43,904 nt of DNA, taken from Chrysochromulina tobinii. Lineage: Eukaryota. The DNA is taken from positions 1-43,904 of the forward strand of contig JWZX01003311.1 in the NCBI GenBank assembly GCA_001275005.1. The letters are read 5' to 3'. Positions within the stretch are counted from its first letter, which is position 1, and every line of letters begins with the position of its first letter. Position numbers and translations under genes: made by a program. Positions 11,101-22,300 of this stretch are shown here, in pieces. Below the pieces are notes generated by a model that was not told the origin of the DNA, did no database searches, and worked only from the letters and a program-made list of their open reading frames with translations.

Positions 11101-14100
11101 CTCTGCGTGTCAATGGCTCATTGACGTCCGTCATGATCAGGGGCAACAAGCTCGGGGACGAGGGCTGGGGTGCCATCTTTGCCGCCATCTGCGGCAACAA
11201 GGACAGCAAGATCATGTCTATGGACGCGTCCTCCGAGAACATCGGCCCGGCTGGTGTCAAGCTGATCGCCGAGGCGCTCCGCACGAGCGTCACAGGCGGG
11301 CTGACGGTGGCCAACCTCATGCGCAATCATCTTGATGTGGAGTCCGCCAAGATGCTCGCTGAGGTCGCCAAGCAGAAGGGTATCTCGCTCTGCGGCATCC
11401 GGCACGACCAGACCACCGCTGACTTCAGCGGGAAGTTCCTCAAGCTGCCCGATGCAATCCTGCTGGCGTCAGACCTGTCACAGGCCGTTGTCACAGGCGC
11501 GCTGACGAAAATCGAGTAAGTTTGACGCCCAAAACCCAACAAACTTGATTCGTAACCGCGACGTGCCTTGCTCAAGGGCCAGTTGCATGCTCTCGTTTGT
11601 TGCGCAGTCTCAGCGGCAACCGTCTTGGTGCAGAGGGGGCAGCAGCTCTAGCTCCAGCACTCGCTGCTAATGGCGCGCTGACAAAGCTGTCCCTGGCGTG
11701 GAACAAGTTGGAGGAGGAGGGCACCAAGGCCATCTGCGAGGCTCTCAAACAGAACAAGACGCTCAAGGAGCTCGATCTGTCTGGTCACAACAATATTGGC
11801 GGGGAAGCAGGCGCTAAGCATGTGGCAGACATGCTTCACGTCAACGGCGGGCTGAAGGAGCTCAATATTGCGGGCAACTCAATCAAGGACGAGGGCATCA
11901 CGGCGATCTGTAACGCAGTGCAGGGCAATAAGGAAGGCAAGCTCGCAAAGCTCAACGTTGCGGGCAACAACATGAGCCCAGTTGGGGCGACAGCTGTGGC
12001 GGCTATGGTAGCCGTCACAGGCGCGCTGACGGTGACCAACCTCCTGCAAAATAATCTTGATGTGGAGTCAGCCAAGATGCTCGCTGAGGTCGCCAAGCAG
12101 AAGGGTATCTCGCTTTGCGGTATCCAGCGCGACCAGACCACCGCTGACTTCTCCAACCAGGACCTCAAGCCGCCTGATGCGATCCTGCTGGCATCGGACC
12201 TGTCCCAGGCTGGTGTCACAGGCGGGCTGACAAGCATCGACCTCTCCAAAAACCGTCTGTGTGGCATCTGGGAATCTAGAGACGGCCAACAAGGCACCTA
12301 CACCGCAGAGGGCATCACTGCAATCGCCGACGCCCTGCGCGTTAATGGCGCCCTGACACGCGTCGACGTCCGCAGCAACAACATCGCGGGCGACGGCGCT
12401 GAGCAGCTCGCAGCCGCTGTCCTTGGAAACCTCAAGATCGAGATGTTCAACAAGATCCCGATCAAGGAGATGCGTGCCGACTCGTTCACGGAGCTGGACC
12501 TGAAGGGGAAGGGTGTCGGAGTCGAGGGAGTCATGGTCGTTGCGGGTCTCATTCCTGCCATGAGCGCGCTGACGAAGGTACGCTGAGCTCAGCTGTGCTC
12601 CCTCAGCCCAGATGTGCTCCCTCTTGCACTGACATCTGGAGGTCCCTCATGCATAGGTGAACTTGGATGGGTTTGCTCTCCCTGTCAAGAAGCTCAAAGG
12701 CACCGACCCCGTCGAGATGCTCGACCTCTCGGGCAAGAATCTTGGCGTTGCCTCTGCGGTTGTGATTGCCTCCTTGATCAGCGTCAATGGCACATTGACG
12801 TCCGTCAAGCTAAGGTTGAACAAGCTCGGAGAAGAGGGCTGGGGTGCCATCTTTGCCGCCATCTGCGGCAACAAGGACAGCAAGATCATGTCTATAGACG
12901 CGTATTTCGAGAACATCGGCCCTGCTGGTGTCGAGCTGATCGCAGCGGCGCTCCGCACGAGTGTCACAGGCGCGCTGACACGTGTCGACGTCCGTCTCAA
13001 CAACATCGTGGGCGACGGCGCTGTGCAGCTCTCAGCCGCTGTCCTCGGCAACCTCAAGATCGAGATGTTCAACGAGATCCCGATCAAGGAGATGCGCGCC
13101 GATTCGTTCACGGAGCTGGACCTGAATGGGAAGGGCGTCGGAGTCGAAGGAGGCATGGTCGTGGCAGGACTCATACCCGTCATGGGCGCGCTGACGGTGG
13201 CCAACCTCCTGGGCAATCAGCTTGATGCGGAGTCCGCCAAGATGCTCGCTGAAGTTGCCAAGCAGAAGGGCGTTTCGCTCTGCGGTATCCAGCGTGACCA
13301 GACCACCGCTGACTTGTCCGGTCTTGCCCTCCAACCGCCCGATGCGATCCTGCTGGCGTCGGACCTGTCACAGGCCGTTGTCACAGGCGGGCTGACGAGC
13401 CTGGACCTCTCCAACAATTTACTCTGCGGAGTGACCACCTTCGGCGGCGGCACCTACACTGCAGAAGGCATCACTGCAATCGCCGAGGCCCTGCGCGTTA
13501 ATGACGGGCTGACCAAAATATCACTCGCCAACAACGAGTTGGGGGAGGAGGGCACCAAGGCCATCTGTGAGGCTCTCGAACAGAACAAGATGCTCAAGGA
13601 GCTTGACATCAGCAACATCGGAGGGACAGCAGGAGTCAAGCACGTGGCCAAGATGCTTGGCGTTAATGGCGGGCTGACGAGCATCAACCTCTCCGACAAC
13701 CAGCTCTGCGGCGTCTGGACTGACTACGCCGGCCAACATGGCGCCTACACTGCAGAGGGCATCACTGCAATTGCCGACGCTCTGCGCGTTAATGGCGGGC
13801 TGACGGCCCTAGATGTGTCCAACAACTGCCTCGAGGATGAGGGCGTAAGCGCAGTCTGCGAGGCCATCCAGAGCAACAAGGAGACCAAGCTCGCGTCGCT
13901 CAACTTCAGGAACAACGATATCGGGCCAGTTGGAGCAAACGCTGTGGCGGCTATGGTGGCCGTCACAGGCGCGCTGACGAGTCTCAATCTCTCGTCCAAC
14001 AATCTCTGTTCGGTGACTGAGACTGGCTACATCAAGGCAAGCCAGGTCCTGGGCTCTTCCTTCAATGAGGGCGACAAAGTGGTTTATCTGGGCAAGGAAA

Positions 14101-14309
14101 TGATCGTCTCTAAGTCCATAGATAGAGATGGCGACATCAAAATGACCCATTTGCCACTCATGTCTGGTCTCAATGCTCTTGCAAATGCCTTGCGCGTTAA
14201 TGGCGCACTGACCATGTGCGACCTCAGGGACAACTACGTGGGCGAGGAAGGCAAGGCTTTGATTTGTAACGCAGCAGAAGGTAAGGCTGGCTTTAAGCTG
14301 CATCTGTGA
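8101..14309 (+). CDS. EF-hand + HET/TIR-like domain + RI-like leucine-rich-repeat protein (~1967 aa; exons 8101-9981, 10048-10653, 10722-11515, 11608-12577, 12657-14309)
   Basis: MGGAATK N-terminus. Two EF loops (DVDSNQSISSDE, DVDSDGCIAFDE). Motifs FVSHWWG, YWVCAYANNQ and FSRIWCGYE. Many LxxLxLxxNxL/I repeats of the RI/NLRC3-LRR type. GT-AG introns 9982-10047, 10654-10721, 11516-11607 and 12578-12656 keep one frame through to TGA at 14309. Confidence 0.85.
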
Positions 14310-14916
14310 GATGCGTGTGCGCATGCTCGATGATCTACTAGGTATTTCACCTTTCAAAGTAGAGTCGACAGTAGAGAGTAGACGGCTACGTCCGGTCCGG
14401 TCGGAGCGGGTTCAGCCCCTGCAGCCGAGTGAGCTCAGAGGGCAGCAGTTGGGAGCAGTAGAGGACATCTGAGGACATCTGGGCGTCGGGGTTCACAGAT
14501 CACACACGAATTGCTACGCCACAGCTGTACTGCAACACTTCATACACTTCATAAGGGAGAAGAAGCCGGAACGCAGTACGTTGTGCGCACGCCGCCACAC
14601 GCGCACGCGGTCGCGGCGGCCGGCGCGTGATCGTGATGAGCAATGTGGATTTTGATCAAACAGGCGGAGAGTGCCCAAAGACTGTATTTCGGAGCGTCGA
14701 AGTCCGAAGTACGGCGCATCTCACGTTTTCTCGACCATGGTTTCGCTCCTATTGTGGTTTTCTCACGTTTGGGGTTATTTCTCAGACCGCAGCCGCACGC
14801 ACCCGACCCGAGCCTCATCCGACCGGACGCGAGACGCGTCCACGGGTGTCGAGCGGAGTGTCGTGTGTACTAGGTCGGGTGTGTCTGTACCTCGATGATC
14901 GCGCGCTATAGGACCG

Positions 14917-15928
14917 CTATCGAGCAGTGGTCGGTGCCTGGCAGATGGGCACCGGCGGGAAGGGATCCGCCTCGGGGTCCTCTATCCCGAGAGCCTCCTG
15001 GAAGAAGTTGAACGTCGACTTATGCGCCTGCACGGCGGCCCGGCCGTTGTAGACAGGTGTGCCCGGTTCCGTCCACCCGTGTTCGCATTTGCTGTACTTG
15101 ATGGTCTCCCAGATGGCATCTGAGTTGGTGACGCCCACCTTCATCTCGGCCTCGAGCTTGGCGAGGCCCGCATCTCCCTGGAAGTCGAGCTCCGCGTGAT
15201 GAGCCTGGATGCGAGATTGTATCTCGCCCTCGGAGCTCGGCGTGTCGTACGGCGAGAGGGAGCCGTGGATTGACGAAACTGCCTTGAAGGTGAGGCCTAG
15301 GCTCGCGCCCCTGGTGGGGTGGCGCGCTAGGTCGAGCACCATGCCGCCGCCGAAGCAGTCTGCAGCACCGGCGAGACGCGAAGCGGGCGGGGGTTGAGAG
15401 GCGGGGATGGAGGAGAGGGATTGGGGCACGAGGAAGTGGATGACGAGAGTCGCGTTCGAGCGTCGCCGTCGTACAGCCCATGGCCACGAGCTTGGTCGGG
15501 TCCGCGCCGGTGCCCCACTCGTGCAGGAGTTGGTTCGCGCCCGCGTTGATGAGCGAGCGCAGCTTGGGGAGGTCGGAGAGCGCCTTGTTCATCGTGGCCT
15601 TCGCGCAGTCGGTCGTGTTGCATCGCACGCCCTTTCCGTACACGTCGAGCGCAAAGACGCCGTAGCCCGAGGCCGCAAACTCCTCTGCCCGCGACTTTTC
15701 GTAGTCAATGAGCCCCATGTATTGGTGCGCGATGAGCAGGCCCGCCTTGGGAGCGACGCCCTTTGGAACGGACCAGAAGCCCTCGTAGGTCGTGTTGCCA
15801 ACGACGTAGTCGACGTCGCGGCTGACAACGTCGGCCGAGCGGTCGGGGCGCACAAAGTGGCCGCCGTCCGCGCGGCCGTGGAGAGCGCGACCGTGCGAGA
15901 GGACCAGCGTCGTCAGGAGTGAGAGCAT
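14917..15928 (-). CDS. Dienelactone hydrolase family protein with signal peptide (intron 15360-15474)
   Basis: Removing the GT-AG intron creates the nucleophile motif MG-Y-C-FGGG. Other motifs: HQYMGL, GYGVFALDVYG, SIHG and EHGWT. Hydrophobic N-terminus MLSLLTTLVLS. Confidence 0.88.
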
Positions 15929-16345
15929 CTCGACCTTCTGAAGTCCCGCCGGCGACGCGGTGTGAACGACGTAAACTTGAGACGATGATTTTTTGCACCC
16001 CTCTCTCACTATCCCATACGATAGGGGAGTCGGAGCCTGGGGATAAGGGGCTGGGAGGGAGGGGGCTGGTGGGAGCCCCTTGCTGTTATGCTGGGGAGTT
16101 GGAGCCTGGCCCTGGGGACAAGTCTCAAATGGGGCTCTCCTGGGACCCCCCCGCCCTTACTGTTGTATTACTGGGGACAAGGGGCTCTCCTGGGACCCCC
16201 TTGCTGGGGACGCCGATCTCAGATCTCATCTGACGTGAGATCGCCGATCTCGGATTATGTGTTTATGTCGGAGGCGGAGCAAGCGGCACACCACCACCCC
16301 CACATTGCGAAATTCCATTCTCAATCCACAAATTTGGCGATTCGA

Positions 16346-19300
16346 TTACGGCAGCCTCGTCTGCACGAGGGAGACGCCGGCGTTCGACGAGGACAGGGTG
16401 CCTTCACACCACGCCCAGCATCCCTTGCTCAGCGACGGCGCCGTACGCTCACCATGGGGGAACGCGTAACGGCACTGCTCGAGACCTCCCTCAGGCGGAC
16501 CAGCCTCGCTTCCAAACCGAAGGGCACACGGCGCGGCTGGGGCGTCGGCCGCTCGCAGCCCAGCGCTCAGCACAGCGCCCTCGGCCGGTACACGTACCGG
16601 CAGTTGGAACTTGGCGCTCGCCCTCCAGAATTGGTGCAGCTGCACGCGACGCGCCACCTCCGCCGCCTTGCCCTTTCGACGGTCGGCCCCTACCCATGGA
16701 AACGGTTCGAGGCAAAAGGACACGTCGTTCGTCCTCAAGACGGCGCCCGAGGCAGCGCCCGACGACGTGCCCGTGCCCGCCACGGCGCCACGCGTGGTCC
16801 AGCCGAGCCCGGGGGGCAGCTCAAAGTCCACAAGCTCCTGGTGCAGCAGGCCGTTATCATTTGAGCTCGCTGCGAGCACGACGGTCTGATGGGCCGGCGA
16901 TGGCAGAGGGGGGTAGATGAGATCAGGGCCAATCTGAGGCAATCTGAGGCAATCAGTGGCACTCAGTGACAATCAGATGGGGGGAGATGCGATCAGGGCC
17001 AATCTGAGGCAATCAGAGAGAGACTCTGAGGCACTCTGAGGCATTCCCACCTGATGGCCCAGGATGCATGCGAGGCACTCCGATGCATGCGAGGCACTCC
17101 GATGCATGCGAGGCATTCCCACCTGATGGCCCAGGATGCATGCGAGGGCCGCGATCAGACGGTCCCACCCGAGCCCATTGCCAATCCCACACACTCCCCA
17201 GATCCAAAACAGGGCATAGCGCTGCGCGCTGCTCAGTCGAGGGCGCTTGCCGACATGGTGAGTCCGGTTGGTGCCGCCGCGGCTGGCCTCGCGTGTGGCC
17301 GTTGGCTTGTACGTGGCCGGTGACGTGGCCGGTCGAGGCACGAGGGAGAGGAAGGCAGCGAGCACCTGATGAGGGATGCAATCATCAGCATCAGCATACA
17401 ATCATCAGCATGCAACCACGCGCATGCAACCACGCGCATGCAACCACGCGCATGCAACCACGCGCACCTCATCCACCGCAGCCTCGCGAGCAAAGCTGGT
17501 CCAGTAATCAAGCAGCTTGTGGAATCGATGAGCGCCGCCCGTCCGCCCGCAAGGGTTGCTCGCGAGCAGTGCGGCAGCGAGGTTGGCTCCGGGATTGACG
17601 CTCGTCGACTGTGGAGAGCGCTGTGGGGAATGGCCTGCCACAGCGGCCGCGCTGAGCCCGAGGCGTGCAAAGAGAGGGTGGCGGCTGAGGATGGTAATGG
17701 CGCTCGCGTTGCGCTCGCCTGATGAGGGAGATCATCAGAGGCCATCAGAGGCCATCAGAGGCCATCAGAGGCCATCAGAGGTCATCAGAGGTCATCAGAG
17801 GTCATCAGAGGCCATCAGAGGTCATCAGAGGCCATCAGAGGTCATCAGAGGCCATGAGGGCGCTCGCCGAGGACAGTGATGAGGGAGATCATCAGAGGTC
17901 ATCAGAGGTCATCAGAGGTCATCAGGGCGCTCGCCGAGGACAGTGATGAGGGAGATCATCAGAGGCCATCAGAGGCCATCGACAGGCCATCAGGGCGCTC
18001 GCCGAGGACAGTGAGCATCTCCACGATGGCGGTGCCCTTGTTCATGGAGGCGAAGGGGGCCGTGGCCCGCAGTGCAACCCCCGTGCCGCGCCATACGTTG
18101 GCAAAGAGCCCACAGATGGGAGGGCATTGGTCGGCGTTGAGGACGCCTCCCCACTGCTCGATCTCGACCAGATCTCCGTCGGCGACCTCGAGCAATCTCG
18201 CCAGGGAGCTCTCGGCTCGTCGGGATGCATGCACGTGGACGCGAGAGGGCGAGCTGGCGCGAGTGGAGGAGGGGGGCGCGTCCGTGGGCAGGTCGGTGAT
18301 GGAGAGCACGCGATGCGGCAACCAGATCGTCTTGCCTGCCCACGACGACGCGTACGCCCACGACGGCGCCGAAGGGGACGTCACGACGGAGGGAGTGTCC
18401 GATACAGCGCTCGCGCCCGATACAGCGCTCGCGCCCGAGACGGCGCCGTCGACGAGGGGTGCGCTCTCGACGGCCAGTCCGATCGGGTACAGGGGATAGC
18501 GCACCAGCGCAAGAGGAGAGGTCCACGAGGGTGTCGGCCCGGTACGGGCTCCATAACTGGAGTGTAACAACGGCGCGCCGAGGACATCGGTACTGTCGGC
18601 TGAGCGCTGAAGGAACACAGCCACCGGCTGCGGATAACGGAAGAAATGGCTGCCGCTGAACGTATGCAGCGCGGCACCGGCACCAGCACCAGCACCAGCA
18701 CCGGTCCCATTTTGTGCTCCGATGGCGTAGAAGGCACCGGCGGGCCTGTGGGGAAGTTGGGGGCAGGGGCTAGTGCGACCCACCTGTGGGGAGACGCAAG
18801 TGGGCGCCGTGGTGAGCACTTGCATGCGGGCGGGCCTGTGGGGAAGTTGGGGGCAGGGGCTGCACCGGTAGCGGAGGGCGAAGCCCGGCCGTGTCGCAGG
18901 CGTACCTGATGAGGGAGGCAATCATGGGTCATCAGAGGCAATCATGGGAGTTCGGCCGTGTCGCAGGCATACCTGATGAGGGAGGCAATCGGTCGTCCTC
19001 AGTCAGTAGAGGCAATCGGTGGTCCTCAGGGCAGGCAGAGGCCATCAGAGGCCATCAGAGGCCATCAGAGGCCAGCAGAGGCCAACTGTGTCAGCTGTGC
19101 TGGCCGCATGCATACCAATAATCCAATTGCTCATAGATGCGCGAGAGGGTCGTTGACGAAACCTCGGCCAATTGCATGCGGGCGGCCGGATACGTGGCGA
19201 CGAGGTACCGGTAGTGCTTGGTTGCATGCGCCGAGGGACTGGTTGCATGCGCCGAGGGACTGGTTGCATGCGCGGCCTCAGAGAGGCGACGAGCCGTGGC

Positions 19301-22300
19301 GGAAGCTTGACGAACCGCGTCGGAAGCTTGACGAACCGCGTCGGGCGTCGACGGGTGGGCGCCGTGTTGGGCGGGGCTCCCACGGGCGCCGTAACGGGCG
19401 CGCGCGCCTCGTCGAGGATTGCGGGGCTTCTTGGGCGGAGGGGCGCCCATTACGGCGCCGCCCACGACGGCGCCGCCCGCGACGGCGCCGCCACTCAAGG
19501 TGCCCAGGGCGACGCGCGGCGCACGACGGCCGCTCACGTTGAGCAGACGCGACGGCAGGGGCGGTGCGGCCTCGATGGGCTCGTCAGATGAGCGGCCAGA
19601 TTGCAATCTGGGTCCAGATCGCAATCTGGTCGGGTAGAGGCGGAGATCGTGCATCTCGAGCACCGAGATGTAATCTGCCCAGTCCGCCGCCCATCCGGCC
19701 GTTGTGGGCCACAGGCGGCGCGGGAACGGGCGGACGAGTGAGCCGTTGACGAAACGGCGCGGGCCGTTGACGAAACGGCGCGGGCCGGCCTCGAGTGAGC
19801 CGTTGACGAAACGGCGCGGGCCGTTGACGAAACGGCGCGGGCCGGCCTCGGAGCGCAACGAGATTGTGACGAAATCGAACGGGTCGGGATCCGCATCGAT
19901 GTGGGGAATGATCGGCCGACAGCAGATCGGACCTGTAATGAGAGAGGTCAACAGGGGAGGCCATCAGGGCTGATCAGGGAGGCCATCAGAGAGGCCATCA
20001 GAGGGGCCCTCAGAGAGGCCCTCAGAGCGGCCACCAGATCGAACCTGGGGGCTTGAGCAGCTCCGGGTGCGTTTCGTCAATGAGTTGATGCAGTGCGAGC
20101 AGCCGCACGTCGCACCGCTCATAACAGATGCATGCAAACTTGGCCCACGAGAACGAGGCAAACTTGCACGTGGGACAGGCCGCAGCGCAGTGGCGCTTGC
20201 AATCGGACACGCCTTCGATGGCGGCTCGCAGTCCGTCGGGGGCGATGGCCACCGGGTAGGCGCAGCCGGCAGGCTGCTTGGCAAGGGAGGAAGACGACGG
20301 AGGTCAGTGGCAATCACGGGGTCATCGGAAGTCATCAAGAGGTCATCAGGAGGTCATCAGCAGGCCATCATGAGGTCATCAGCAGGTCATCAGCAGATCA
20401 TCAGCAGGTCATCAGCAGGTCATCAGCAGGTCATCAGCAGGTCATCAGCAGGTCATCAGCAGGTCATCAGCAGGTCATCAGCAGCTCATCAGCAGCTCAT
20501 CACCTGCTTGGCAGGGCAGATCGCGAGCGAGGCCTGTGGATTGCTTATTTTCCCAATCTGCGACGCCATCTTCCTCTGCCAATGCATCGGCGCCACATCG
20601 ACGTCACAACGGCCGTAATAGGTGGCATGGGCCGCCATCTCCGCCGCACGATCGCTCCATCGCTGCGCCGCTCGGAGCGTGCGATCTCCCGCGATCTCCC
20701 ATAGCGTTGTGGTGGGCAGATTTCGCTCCTCCGCGACGGCATGCAGCGCTGTGGGAAGAGGCTTGGAGGATGCATTGGAGGAGGGCGCTGTGGTGGGCAG
20801 CGCTGTGGTGGGCAGCGCTGTGGTGGGCAGCGCTGTGGGAAGAGGCTTGGAGGATGCATTGGAGGAGGAAGGTGCCGATGGTGTAACCTTTGGGCCCAAA
20901 GCCGCCGCCGCACTCGCCTCCGCCTGCGCCGTCGCCGTTACCTCCGCCTGCGCCGTCGCCGTTACCGCCGCCTGCGCCGTCGGCGTCCAATTCGCAACTT
21001 GAGCGCCATGATGAGCACCAAGAGCCCCATGACCATATATGGAAGCACCGTCGGGCGGCCCTTCCACAGCCCCTTCCACAGGCCCTTCCACAGGGGGGAC
21101 GCCTTTCCACGCAGTGAACGCGAAGAGCTTCGCAGCGCCGCAGAGGACGAAGCGCAACTGCACCTTGATCGCCCTCGGCAGCGTCGCACTCGGCGCCGTG
21201 TCGGGCGGCCCCTCCGAGGAGGAGCCTGCGCGCCGTGCTGGGCGCCAGCGGAGCACTGCGGCCGTTGAGTCGTCGACTACCGGTACGGAGCGCAGCAGGG
21301 AGCGCACCGGCGCCCGCGACGGCGCTCGAGAGTGCGTCTGCTCTTGACCGCCGCCGCCGCCGCCGCCGCCGCTGTTGCTGCTGCCGCTGCTGCTGTTGCT
21401 GCTGCTGCTGTTGCTGCTGCCGCTGCTGCCGCCGCTGCTGCTGCTGTTGCTACCGCTGCTGCCACCGCGGCTGCCAGTACATGCCTTGAGCACCTGTGGG
21501 GTGAGAGCGCCGTGGTGAGCACATGCATGCTCGCGCATGCTCGACTCCCAGGACAGGCCCTGAGTCAATCAGAGTCCATCAGAGTCAAGCAGAGGCAAGC
21601 AGAGTCAAGCAGAGGCAAGCAGAGTCAAGCAGAGGCTAGCAGAGGCAAGCAGAGGCAAGCAGAGTCAAGCAGAGGCAAGCAGAGTCAATCAGAGGCCATC
21701 AGCACCTCCGCAAACAGTGCGGACGCTCCATGGGCCGGCGCTGCGCCGCCGGTAGCGTGCGAGGCGCCGTCCTGGGCGGACCCGTGCCCCTCAGCGTGCC
21801 GAGGCTCGTGTCCGAAACCGACGTTCACTGTGAAGTAAAAGGGGCCGTCCGCGCCGAGCTGGGCAAGTTCAAGCGGCTTGGTGAGCACTTCGGTGCACTG
21901 GCGGCCTGGAGCTGCGGCGAGATCGGGCTCATGACGAACCCCCGCGAGCCGATGCCGTTTCCACACGGCGAGCCCGATCGCCATCGGCGCCTTTCGCGTG
22001 TACCTGTGGGGAAGAGGCGAGGGCGCCGTGGTGAGCACTTGCATGCAGGGATCGCCATCGGCGCCTTTCGCGTGTACCGACGCTCGTGATACGTCGCCCG
22101 CCCCTCGTAATAGAGAAGATGCTCACCTGATGAGAGAGGTCATCAGAGGTCATCAGAGCTCATGCAGAGGTCATCAGAGGTCATCAGAGCTCACCGCCCT
22201 CCGTCAGCAACGTCGAGGCCGGGATCACAATCCCGTGGTCGAAAGGGCAGCAAAGCTCGTCCAACGGCAACAGCTCGGGCAACGGCGCGTCAGAGGAGCC

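Noticed and set aside
8101..14309. Annotation as a canonical NLR (NLRC3/NOD-like)
   Set aside because: Only the LRRs resemble NLRC3; no NACHT or NB-ARC P-loop is visible.
17722..17990. CRISPR-like appearance of ATCAGAGGCC arrays with interspersed unique pieces
   Set aside because: Units are 10 nt with no regular spacers, there are no cas genes, the context is eukaryotic, and the arrays lie within introns.
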